This document shows, one piece after another, positions 1 through 9,196 of a DNA stretch of 64,000 nt (the first letter of the stretch is position 1; the number at the start of each line of letters is the position of its first letter). This DNA is from an uncultured virus (IMG/VR IMGVR_UViG_3300010233_000007) (Duplodnaviria; Heunggongvirae; Uroviricota; Caudoviricetes): the IMG/VR virus record IMGVR_UViG_3300010233_000007; one strand, given 5' to 3'. The position numbers were made by a program, and so were the translations under genes. Below the pieces are notes generated by a model. The model saw only the letters and a program-made list of their open reading frames with translations, made no database searches and was not told the origin of the DNA.

Positions 1-801
1 AAAGGGCGGCATGGTTTGCTGCCCTTTCTTTTCTATCAGTGTTCTTCGGAGGAAAAGGAAATGGCTGGTCCGCAACAACGCGGTGTCGGATCTGTAACTG
101 GTCGGCCTGCTCAACAACAACAACCACCAGCAGAACCACCGCAACACAGACGCGCCGACGACGGAACCACGACCAGAAACAATGCCCTAGATGTGCAGCA
201 GCTCATCTCGGCAATGGGACAGAAACNNNNNNNNNNNNNNNNNNNNNNNNNNNNNNNNNNNNNNNNNNNNNNNNNNNNNNNNNAACAAACCATTTACGCG
301 GACACCCGGCGAGCGGCTGAACACTCCGCGACAAGTTCTGGCAGAATGGAACGGCAAACACTGGGAAGTGCTCAATCAATACGAAAAGCCAACAGAACCA
401 CCAGCCGTCGTTGAGCCGGAACCTGTGACAACACAACAGCAACCGCTAACTGAACGTGTCCAACAACAGCCGCAGGCAACCGACGGAGAGGATGATCAAC
501 CTCCAGCGGCCAATGAGGACGAAGACGCGCCAGATGAGGCCACTCGGCGACAACAGCAGAAACGGCATCAACAGCATCGAGCGTAGTTCTCCTCCGAGAG
601 CCGTGTCGCCAAGCTTTAGACCACTTTTGCCGGGTGGTTGCAGCTAAGCAAACCCTTTCTGGTACAAGATATTCGCCGGAATGGATGCTGCCCATGTCTT
701 GTGGTGCCATCGATTTCACTTGAGTAGGTCGGTCCGCATTGGTGATGATGAATTACCGACGGGCTGAGCGGGGATAACGGTGGATAATACCAGATGGCGA
801 C

Positions 802-1266
802 ATGTTTTCATTTATGGAAAGGGGTACGATGTTGGTGGAACTCGACTCAACTACGGAAGAAGCATTAGAGGCAGTCAGGATCAGAGAGGAAGAAGAGTCC
901 GAGTCATTCCTAGAAATCGATCTCGGCGTCGTCATACCAGCTGATCTGTATATGTTTCTCGACTGTGAAAGCCGTGTGGTTTTCATGGGCGGGGAAGCAA
1001 TACCAGCAGTTGTAATGACGTTGTTGAAAGATGGAAGTCCTATTCGAGTAATAATGCCCGCATCACAATTGCCCGCGTTATTCTCACGAACAATTCATCA
1101 TGTCAGGCGTTTCGGAATGATGAATGATCCTCCATCCGATGAGACAATTAACAAGATAGTTGACCGTCTTCACGGCCTGAACAAGAAGATGGTCGCCGAA
1201 AAAGAGAAGGAAGTCCGAGGAAACTCAATCGCGATGGAGAGCCGTATCACTGAGATTGCTCTATGA
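802..1266 (+). CDS. hypothetical protein
   Basis: 154-aa ORF followed by long hairpins; start codon uncertain. Confidence 0.6.
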   Translation: MFSFMERGTMLVELDSTTEEALEAVRIREEEESESFLEIDLGVVIPADLYMFLDCESRVVFMGGEAIPAVVMTLLKDGSPIRVIMPASQLPALFSRTIHHVRRFGMMNDPPSDETINKIVDRLHGLNKKMVAEKEKEVRGNSIAMESRITEIAL

Positions 1267-1417
1267 TTGTTTGTGTATGTGAGTTAGCTTTTTCTGTGCT
1301 TTAATCGACCGCATTGAGCACAATGAAAAGCTGATGAACTAACGCAAACAATCATAGCCGTGGTTTCTTGATATGGAAGTAAGATGCTAGCCGGAAGTGA
1401 ATTCGGTTAGCATTTTG
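1261..1417 (+). terminator. two long imperfect hairpins (terminator or processing signals)
   Basis: CTATGATTGTTTGTGT (1261-1276) pairs with ACGCAAACAATCATAG (1342-1357); second stem AAGATGCTAGCCG/CGGTTAGCATTTT at about 1381-1416. Confidence 0.5.
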
Positions 1418-1512
1418 CTTAGCCATCACAAGCTTTTCCTTGTAATTTCTAATGCTGTAATTAGAATATACTATAATGTATGTTGTTTTAATTTTGTTCA
1501 AAGGAGTTTCAA

Positions 1513-1797
1513 ATGGTTCAGATCGTTGATTCGGCTTGTGAGGTTGTAGGCGGTAAGTTAGTGATGGTTATTGAGAGCAATAGCATGGAAGAACTAATGG
1601 ATCATCAGATACACAAGTATGCAGTTGAGCAAGCACATAGATTTGGCTGGCCTAATGCATGTTTGAATGGCTCTGATCCGCCTAGTCCTGTAGATGAGAA
1701 TGGTAATATCCCGGAAACATTTGCAGATATGGCTAAATTGGCTAATACAAAGACCCCACGATTCAGAAAGAAGATATATTTAACTACGAGATTCTAA
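1513..1797 (+). CDS. hypothetical protein
   Basis: AAGGAG RBS upstream, 94 aa. Confidence 0.75.
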   Translation: MVQIVDSACEVVGGKLVMVIESNSMEELMDHQIHKYAVEQAHRFGWPNACLNGSDPPSPVDENGNIPETFADMAKLANTKTPRFRKKIYLTTRF

Positions 1798-1799
1798 TC

Positions 1800-2504
1800 A
1801 TGCCAGAGACAGTAAAAAATCTATTACAGGACAACCACACTTTTGCCACGACACTTCTGGCAATCCTATTAGATACATTTGGACTAGAGGCCGTTGAATG
1901 GTCGCCACAAACTGTCGTTATGGAAATAAGAGACGAGTTCGGCGTTAATTTGCCGAACGTGCTCCTTGACCGTTTGATGGTGGCTGTTGAGCTTTTAACT
2001 TCCAACTCGTTCTATAAGAGTCTTCCCGACTTTATCGAATTCTGTAATATATTGTCTGGCAATCATAGCACTCTTGGTCAATTCGCCCCAGCCGATGTTG
2101 CTGATGTTGGCTGGGGCTTGACTGAGGCTATGTTGATAATGCCGCCAGATGAAGACGACAAACAACCTTTTACACCAGAGATAATCGGATATATAGAAGA
2201 AACACTTAAAGATGAAGGTATTCTAGATCCGCCAGACATATTGAAATTAGGCGCTGGTAGTTCTGAGTTATTAAAGAAAGTGCAGTTCGATTTCTCAGAT
2301 GATCCGGAGATGTTTTCGTCTATTTGGGAATTTGAGAAAGCTAAGACAGATGACATCAATGAACTAATCAGAGAAAGACTATTAGCAATGCTTATGCAGA
2401 TCAAGAGCCTACCGCTTAAAAATCCTAAAGCTATTGGTGTCATTACAAAGATGATAGGTGTATTGGAAAGGCAGGGACAGGACACAGAAAAAGAACTAAT
2501 ATGA
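1800..2504 (+). CDS. hypothetical acidic protein
   Basis: 234-aa ORF tightly packed with both neighbours. Confidence 0.75.
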   Translation: MPETVKNLLQDNHTFATTLLAILLDTFGLEAVEWSPQTVVMEIRDEFGVNLPNVLLDRLMVAVELLTSNSFYKSLPDFIEFCNILSGNHSTLGQFAPADVADVGWGLTEAMLIMPPDEDDKQPFTPEIIGYIEETLKDEGILDPPDILKLGAGSSELLKKVQFDFSDDPEMFSSIWEFEKAKTDDINELIRERLLAMLMQIKSLPLKNPKAIGVITKMIGVLERQGQDTEKELI

Positions 2505-2968
2505 TCAAGTTTATCAATGGCAACTTGTTTGAAGTGCCGGCAGATATACTAGTCAATGCTGTTAATTGTGTCGGTGTTATGGGCGGCGGGATAGCATTAG
2601 AATTCAAGAATCGTTATCCCGAAATGTATGAGGACTATAAGATAGCTTGTTCAGAAAACAGGATAAGACCAGGTAAAATACATATTTGGACTGGTCACTA
2701 TCCACAAACAATAGTGAATTTTCCGACTAAAGGTCATTATAGGCACCCATCTTTTGAACACTTTATTACAGATGGTTTAAAAGAATTGCGTTATTATCTT
2801 ATATCAGTTGAAACCAGAATTGGCGATAGTCAGCTTAATAGAATTAACATACCGGCATTAGGCTGTGGACTCGGCGGGCTAAAGTGGAGTTTTGTGGCTG
2901 GTCAAATTGTTGACATATTAGGCGTACTAGAATCAGAGATATCTGTTTTCAATCCACAGGAGCATTAA
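2501..2968 (+). CDS. macro domain protein (DarG/TARG1/Poa1-like ADP-ribose glycohydrolase)
   Basis: GNLF...VNAVNCVGVMGGGIA...FPTK...PALGCGLGGL motifs. Confidence 0.9.
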   Translation: MIKFINGNLFEVPADILVNAVNCVGVMGGGIALEFKNRYPEMYEDYKIACSENRIRPGKIHIWTGHYPQTIVNFPTKGHYRHPSFEHFITDGLKELRYYLISVETRIGDSQLNRINIPALGCGLGGLKWSFVAGQIVDILGVLESEISVFNPQEH

Positions 2969-3078
2969 TTGAATTTCGTCGATCAGTTGGCCGACTATAT
3001 TAGATCTGGCCGACAGGCAATGGCCATCCAAACCTATGAATCAGAAAAGAACAAAAATCACAAGGTCGTTAGACTTAA

Positions 3079-4059
3079 ATGCAGGCAGCAATTAAAGCAG
3101 CAGTTCCGTTCAAATCAAAACAACCTAAACAATCAGTAGAAGATATTATGAAGAAAGTGCAACAGCACTGTCTTCTAGTTACGTTGAACATTCATTGTTG
3201 GCAAGGCAGACCACAAATAGATGAAGCTAGTGTTTCAATTAATGACGATGAATTAGACGACGAAACCGCGACCCAGCCGCACTGGAAATTAATGCCGAAA
3301 CAATGGCGCGCTAAATTCCAGAATCTAGAAGGTAAAGCCAGAGGGTTAATAAAGCAATACTCTGTGCCGTTTAAACTGCGTGGCGTCTATATAGTGCCGA
3401 TTGTAGATGCCGATGAGTTATTTGGCGGGTTAAGAGAAGTTAGAGATGGTTATGAAAATGTAACCAGTCAATTTGTTGACTGTTACGACGAATGGGTAGA
3501 TGCACTTAGAGCCAAGTATGGTGAAGATAAGTTTAATATGGCTGTTAAGCACATCCCTAGTAAAAAGTATCTCCCACATAAATTTGGCATAGAGTGGGCT
3601 ATTGTGCCTATGGGTCGTCCCGGCGATACTATAGATGATTTTGCCGTATCGGATTTGGTTAGAGAAGCCAAAACAACCATGAATAAAATGATCATTGATT
3701 CGGTAGAAACTATGATCAGACAACCGCGCGAAGAACTAGCTGAAGCGGTGGCATCTCTGACAAAAATGCTTAGTGCAGACGGCAACGGCAGAGTGAAGAC
3801 AGCCTCACTGGAAAAGGTCCAACGATCTTTCAATAAGTATCGGAACTTCGCACAAATGATTGGTGAGGATAGCGCGGCTCTTCAGATAATGAGACAAGTA
3901 GATGCGCAACTGGATGGGCTATCGCCGCAAACACTAAATAGAGACGAACAGATTAGAGATGATCTTCTCGGTGTCTTGTCTTCATTAAAAAATGAGATAG
4001 CCGATGAAGCCAAGACAATTGCTACATTTGATAAGTTTAAACGTAATCTGGAGATTTGA
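3079..4059 (+). CDS. DUF3150-like helical phage protein
   Basis: 326 aa; LNIHCWQG and following helical pattern resemble DUF3150 (by eye). Confidence 0.55.
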   Translation: MQAAIKAAVPFKSKQPKQSVEDIMKKVQQHCLLVTLNIHCWQGRPQIDEASVSINDDELDDETATQPHWKLMPKQWRAKFQNLEGKARGLIKQYSVPFKLRGVYIVPIVDADELFGGLREVRDGYENVTSQFVDCYDEWVDALRAKYGEDKFNMAVKHIPSKKYLPHKFGIEWAIVPMGRPGDTIDDFAVSDLVREAKTTMNKMIIDSVETMIRQPREELAEAVASLTKMLSADGNGRVKTASLEKVQRSFNKYRNFAQMIGEDSAALQIMRQVDAQLDGLSPQTLNRDEQIRDDLLGVLSSLKNEIADEAKTIATFDKFKRNLEI

Positions 4060-4093
4060 TTTATGTCTATAGCTAAAAGAAAGAGATATTAAG

Positions 4094-4294
4094 ATGGAGC
4101 CAAAGACTTGTCCGACATGCGACGGCGATGGTGAATTAGCCACTAGCCATGTATTTACTTGCTATACGTGCGATGGTACAGGAAAAGTAAGTGATCCTAA
4201 AATATATGAGAAAGCGCTAGAATCGGAACGTGAATGTGCGCGGAATATGGCCAGATCAGTATCAGCGATGGAATATAGAATGATGGGCGGATAA
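4094..4294 (+). CDS. small DnaJ-type zinc-finger protein
   Basis: two CxxCxGxG motifs (CPTCDGDG, CYTCDGTG). Confidence 0.75.
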   Translation: MEPKTCPTCDGDGELATSHVFTCYTCDGTGKVSDPKIYEKALESERECARNMARSVSAMEYRMMGG

Positions 4295-4327
4295 TTTAGA
4301 CTAATCAATTCAGTCAGGAAATTCAGC

Positions 4328-4462
4328 ATGGACAATGAAGACTACCAATATATTGCTGCTACATTGTTTGGTATGTTTATTCTACTACTTATAGGAAGTA
4401 GCATTGGGGCTTGTTTCATCAGGCTTATTTTCGAGATACTAAAGCGAAACTTCTTTTCCTAA
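4328..4462 (+). CDS. 44-aa membrane peptide (below ORF-track cutoff)
   Basis: MDNEDYQYIAATLFGMFILLLIGSSIGACF...; AGGA upstream; TAATG overlap with next gene. Confidence 0.6.
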   Translation: MDNEDYQYIAATLFGMFILLLIGSSIGACFIRLIFEILKRNFFS

Positions 4463-5190
4463 TGTCGCAATTAAAATCTAAGCGAAAGCTACTTATCAGC
4501 AAGGGAAATGGAAAGCTAGGGAAGATGATGATCTTCTCTATTCCTGCTGGCGATTCTTGCCCAGGTAAGAGTCAGGTTTGTTTCGATGCTTGTTATGCCA
4601 GAAAGAATTATTTTGCTCTTAAAGCGGCAAAGAGTGCTTATAAGCAAAACTGGCAGACAGCAGATACGAATGAGTTTGTATCTTTAATGGTTAATGAAAT
4701 CAAACGTAGACCGGAAAAGTTATTCCGCATACATTCCGCTGGCGATTTCTATAGTCCAGAATATGTAAAGAAATGGATACAAATTGCTGAAGCTTGTCCG
4801 GATGTTAAATTCTACGCTTATACTAGATCCTGGCGAGTTAAACCAATATTGAAACAGTTGCTACAATTCAGACGGCTTACAAATGTACGTTTGTGGTTTT
4901 CCATTGATAAAGAAACAGGACTACCAAAACGTAAATATAAGCGTATTAGATTAGCTTATATGCAGGTAGGGACAGATGATGTTCCCAAATCGTCTTGTGA
5001 TTTGGTATTTAGAGATTATTCGCTAAGAAAGATAGAAGCTAAAAAAGTAAACGGTGTATTTGTTTGCCCACCTGAGAATGCTGTTAATCATGATATGACA
5101 TGCACACAATGCGGCTATTGTTGGAGGTTTACTCCACAAAACGAAAGAGACTCGAATATTCGAGTCTCTTTACAAGTTGTAGGGAGTTAG
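4462..5190 (+). CDS. Gp88-family protein (radical-SAM-like fold)
   Basis: GNGKLG, SCPG...CxxxCYA, FRIHSAGDF, YAYT, C-terminal CxxCxxC. Confidence 0.8.
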   Translation: MSQLKSKRKLLISKGNGKLGKMMIFSIPAGDSCPGKSQVCFDACYARKNYFALKAAKSAYKQNWQTADTNEFVSLMVNEIKRRPEKLFRIHSAGDFYSPEYVKKWIQIAEACPDVKFYAYTRSWRVKPILKQLLQFRRLTNVRLWFSIDKETGLPKRKYKRIRLAYMQVGTDDVPKSSCDLVFRDYSLRKIEAKKVNGVFVCPPENAVNHDMTCTQCGYCWRFTPQNERDSNIRVSLQVVGS

Positions 5191-5192
5191 TT

Positions 5193-5411
5193 ATGCTATC
5201 GGTTGACGGCGTACCATGTGAAGTGTGGGATCTTGCGGATAAAATGGAATGGTCTGATAGATTCCTTTTCTTGTTAGCCTATGATTTCCTCGATGACCTC
5301 GACGCAAAGCTACAGCAACAATTTATAGAAAAATTGAAACGAGTAGCCAGTAAAGAAAGAGCAGAAAAAGCCGCCGAAGATCCGTGGGCAACTCACAGCT
5401 CGCTCAATTGA
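5193..5411 (+). CDS. hypothetical protein
   Basis: GGAG RBS before ATG at 5193. Confidence 0.6.
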   Translation: MLSVDGVPCEVWDLADKMEWSDRFLFLLAYDFLDDLDAKLQQQFIEKLKRVASKERAEKAAEDPWATHSSLN

Positions 5412-6732
5412 ACTTCTTGCTTAGGTTTAAAGCGAGACTAGCCACAGCAGCCCCCCTACTTGGCTTAAAATCATCTTTCTTAAACTCTGAGCCTAAAGCC
5501 TTGGTGTGTTCATTTGCCTCTTTAGTCCGCCGCTCTTTGTGATAGGCAGCTAATTTATTAAGCTCTTCCTTTGTAATTCCAGAATTAGAGTGTGCCGCCT
5601 CTTTGACAACAGGAGCAACACCATTATCCCGCAAGAGCCTGTCCATGAGCTTAGCATCGCCACGCGGCAAAGTGTGCAGCTCTGTCGCCAGTTTTTCTGG
5701 ATCTACAAATAAACCACCAGCACTAATACTATCAGCGAATTCTGGCCCCATTAAGCTTTCGACTTCGCTATACTTGATTCTATTCAAATCATTCTTATTG
5801 TAGATGTTGCCTGTAACCGTAGAGAAATGCGAATCTGCAACATGGCTGGCTGTTTTCTGTGTAACCACAAACAGTACATCTTCCGGTCTACTGAGTACAG
5901 AGCCATACAAACCAGTAAGGCCAAACTGCTTATCCACCTGATCTATAATGCTGGCCACTTTTGTTAGTGTTCCAGGTGTATGTATTCGCTTTGGATTCTT
6001 TAACAATGTCCTGGCGATCTTGGCCAATTCAAAACTAGCAGCTTTAGCTTCCTTTGTTTGCTTGCCGACAGCCTGAACCCTAGACCATAAAAGCCTACCA
6101 ACATCTTCAGTAGCACAACCACCAAATGCCGCCTGCTTTTCTAGGAATTCTCCGTGTTTCTCTTCAAACGTAGTATCCAGTGTATTTGCCTTATCTAGTA
6201 TTTTCTCTGCAATAGATTGACGTTGATCAAAGGTAAACTGATCACGGAACTTATATAGAAACTCAGCGGCAGCTTTTACTTCGCCATCATTGGATAAACG
6301 TAGGTGTCGTTCCTTGGCACCATTATCGTGCAATATGACTACGGCAAAATTATCATCAGGTAAATCTGAATCATTTGGGGTACGATTAGACGAAGCAATT
6401 TTTTCAGACAATGATTTGATATCGCGGGATATACCGTGAATTTCAGCGGCTTCATTCAATCGCCTGATCATATTATCAAATTCAATTCTGTTGTAATTGG
6501 CACGTTTCTCCAGAAGGAAGCTTGTACTAACCCACGTTGCAGCTGGCGTATGGTATGGGTATGATTTGTTAGATCTATTAGCAAAAGCATTTACTGATTT
6601 ATCTTCTATATCTTTTGCTCCAAGATCTTCAAAAGATGCAGTTTTAACGTAGTCTGGAGCTTCGTATTGCTTGACGATACGATAAAGCTCCTGATGATTT
6701 ACATCACGCGATTGATCGAGAATATTAGTCAT
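5404..6732 (-). CDS. KxA-motif-rich protein, probable virion/late protein
   Basis: start MTNILDQ preceded by AGGA; about 12 KxA(S/A)-type motifs. Confidence 0.7.
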   Translation of the reverse strand: MTNILDQSRDVNHQELYRIVKQYEAPDYVKTASFEDLGAKDIEDKSVNAFANRSNKSYPYHTPAATWVSTSFLLEKRANYNRIEFDNMIRRLNEAAEIHGISRDIKSLSEKIASSNRTPNDSDLPDDNFAVVILHDNGAKERHLRLSNDGEVKAAAEFLYKFRDQFTFDQRQSIAEKILDKANTLDTTFEEKHGEFLEKQAAFGGCATEDVGRLLWSRVQAVGKQTKEAKAASFELAKIARTLLKNPKRIHTPGTLTKVASIIDQVDKQFGLTGLYGSVLSRPEDVLFVVTQKTASHVADSHFSTVTGNIYNKNDLNRIKYSEVESLMGPEFADSISAGGLFVDPEKLATELHTLPRGDAKLMDRLLRDNGVAPVVKEAAHSNSGITKEELNKLAAYHKERRTKEANEHTKALGSEFKKDDFKPSRGAAVASLALNLSKKFN

Positions 6733-8332
6733 GGAAAATACTTCCTGTAAATTTAATTCGAAGGTTGCTTGGAATAGATTGCTTAATGCTCTTAATGTTA
6801 AAACACCGCGCGGTTTATTGCCATGTTTTGTTGAATGCCCGCTTTGCCATAAACAAAATTTCAATGTTTATAGAGATATTGTTTGCGGCGGCGAATGGTA
6901 TTTTTGCCAAGATTGTCGTTGGGGCGGTGACTCTATAGAGTTAGCCGCAAAAGTGTGGGATGTCGATTTAGCTACAGCGTTAGTCAAATTAGACATAGCT
7001 GAAACTTCCGCATCTTTACCAGCAAAAAGATATTTGGACATTATTGATGTACGCCGACAATTATTCAATATTTGGAAAACAGGTAGAGAAAATCATCCAT
7101 TTGACGATAAAGCTGACATACGTAATATTTTACACAAATTTGCCATCCAGGTCACTTTAGATCGTGAAAGATGGATGAGCAGAATGGGCAATGTTATAGG
7201 TAGCGTTAATGTCAGCGCATTCAAAGATTTAGGATATACTCACGGCGGACATACGCCGGCCATTGCATTTACTCATAGCTGGAATAATGTAATCGTTATT
7301 CCTTACACAGACTTACCTGGTCGAGTCACAGGGTTTTTGTGTATAGGGCGGAAAGCTAACGAGGAAGCCGGCGATTTTGTATTTAAGAAAATACTACTAA
7401 ATAAGTACGGACCTACTTACGATCACGGGCTTGGATTATTCAATATACTCTACGAAAATCCAATAAATATTGACGATTCTATCTTTATAGTTGAAGAGCC
7501 TATTGTTGGATTAAAGATGCATTCAAATCATTTTATGGACAATGAAAGACCAATTCCTCTTTTGATCTCATATCACGATATACCTGAAACAAAAACGATC
7601 TGGAAGTTTATATCTCTTTTACCGCGAAAGATATTCTGGGGGCCGCGTGTTCATGCCAATAGAATACTAAGACAAGCCAAAAATGCAGATGGTGATGTTG
7701 CGCCATTTTTCGATAAAGATGTTTTCCTAAGAAAAATCAGCAGAAGACCGCCTACGGAATGGTTGACGAACGTAAAAAACAAATCTCAGCATTGGCGATA
7801 TGCGCTAGAAGAATACATCAAGGATTTACCAATTAACGATATGCAGCGAACATTTGGATATTTAGGTTTCTCGAATGAAGACCTACATCAATTCGCCAAA
7901 GAATGCCAGCCGCCATTAGATCAGAAACTGGAAAAGATAAGGTACAGGCTTGGCAGCACAGTAAAAGCAAACAACACAAATGTAGCTGAATCAGACGGCA
8001 AATGGATAATAGCAGAAACAGGCGAAGTTATTAGTGACGCCATTTTGAGAATAGATAAGGCTGTCTATCGCGATGACATGACTAATAAACGTGACAAAGT
8101 AGTATACATTGGCAGAATCATTTATAAAGGTGACGAAATACCATTTGAAAGTATAGCGTATAAAATGGAAGAATCGCCATTTATTTGGATGCGCCGCGAG
8201 CTAATCAGGCAAGGCAAGGGCTTTATGGAATTCAATCCTAGATGGTCAAATCAAGGTGTAAACATAGCTATTAAATTCCATGAACCGGTTTGTGAGAAAG
8301 TGGAACCACCCGGAAAAAAGAGGGCTAAATGA
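6731..8332 (+). CDS. primase-like zinc-finger protein
   Basis: N-terminal CPLC...CQDC.WGGD..EL resembling a CHC2-type primase finger; no clear Toprim DxD. Confidence 0.6.
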   Translation: MENTSCKFNSKVAWNRLLNALNVKTPRGLLPCFVECPLCHKQNFNVYRDIVCGGEWYFCQDCRWGGDSIELAAKVWDVDLATALVKLDIAETSASLPAKRYLDIIDVRRQLFNIWKTGRENHPFDDKADIRNILHKFAIQVTLDRERWMSRMGNVIGSVNVSAFKDLGYTHGGHTPAIAFTHSWNNVIVIPYTDLPGRVTGFLCIGRKANEEAGDFVFKKILLNKYGPTYDHGLGLFNILYENPINIDDSIFIVEEPIVGLKMHSNHFMDNERPIPLLISYHDIPETKTIWKFISLLPRKIFWGPRVHANRILRQAKNADGDVAPFFDKDVFLRKISRRPPTEWLTNVKNKSQHWRYALEEYIKDLPINDMQRTFGYLGFSNEDLHQFAKECQPPLDQKLEKIRYRLGSTVKANNTNVAESDGKWIIAETGEVISDAILRIDKAVYRDDMTNKRDKVVYIGRIIYKGDEIPFESIAYKMEESPFIWMRRELIRQGKGFMEFNPRWSNQGVNIAIKFHEPVCEKVEPPGKKRAK

Positions 8333-8604
8333 AAATCCTTTACCGTTCTATATGCACTGATTGCGAGAACCCATTTGAAACAACAAGCCCAGAAGAACCC
8401 AGGTGCCCACAGTGTCGGCAGGTAAGCACGCTTTCACGAATATACACAGAAATAAATCGTGATCGTCGCAAATTACTCGTGAATGATGAGGATGATCCAT
8501 ATGACAATCCGTCGTCAATACGAGAACGCGGGATGCCAAGAAATGACGGCGAGTGGGATGACTTTATCCGTGCGATGGAAGATGATCTAGTAACTACATT
8601 CTAA
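8329..8604 (+). CDS. zinc-ribbon protein
   Basis: CTDC...CPQC. Confidence 0.65.
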   Translation: MKILYRSICTDCENPFETTSPEEPRCPQCRQVSTLSRIYTEINRDRRKLLVNDEDDPYDNPSSIRERGMPRNDGEWDDFIRAMEDDLVTTF

Positions 8605-8618
8605 TTACAGGATTAGAA

Positions 8619-8882
8619 ATGGCTAACTCAATTATCCATGTCTATCAGCAGAGAATTCGACAAAACAAAAATAAAGCACCAAAAGATAGGTTGCCGCCTA
8701 TAATTGTGAAGCCTACCGGACAACGTGGCAAATCTAATTATGTTAATGTGGTGTTCATTAGAAATAAGCTTACTGGTGCATTAGTTGGTGCTTTAATGTA
8801 CACACCTGATAAACCATTAAAATGCGGAGCCACTGTATATCTTGAGCTTAACGATAACTACAAAGCAGAATTTCAGGAGTAG
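8619..8882 (+). CDS. hypothetical phage protein
   Basis: IIHV.QQ.IR.N...Y.PDKPL.CGA.V pattern. Confidence 0.7.
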   Translation: MANSIIHVYQQRIRQNKNKAPKDRLPPIIVKPTGQRGKSNYVNVVFIRNKLTGALVGALMYTPDKPLKCGATVYLELNDNYKAEFQE

Positions 8883-8884
8883 AA

Positions 8885-9196
8885 ATGTCAGATCAAGTTA
8901 TAACCGTGGCTGAACAACCGCAACCAGTGCCAACCACGCCGTTTTTCTCAAATAAACAATCACATATCGTTGTTGTCGATCTTTCAGCTGAAGATTTTGA
9001 CAGCCTCAGTGTAGAAAGCCAAAATGCTGAAGTCGTTGAGGCCATCGGTAATGCGTTCGCTAATTTGACTAATCAGATCGATGCCGGGGAAGTTGATTTC
9101 GATAAACCACTTCGTTCAATTGTTGTCGGTAAACCACACACCGACAACAATACGCAGAAGAAGCTGGTCACAATCGTATTTAGTTTCGATAATTAA
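8885..9196 (+). CDS. hypothetical protein
   Basis: AGGAG RBS, 103 aa. Confidence 0.7.
   Translation: MSDQVITVAEQPQPVPTTPFFSNKQSHIVVVDLSAEDFDSLSVESQNAEVVEAIGNAFANLTNQIDAGEVDFDKPLRSIVVGKPHTDNNTQKKLVTIVFSFDN

Noticed and set aside
1..720. Calling a specific CDS at the window start
   Set aside because: Low-complexity Gln/Pro-rich frames span an N gap; probably the end of one gene stopping at 586, but the frame is unresolved
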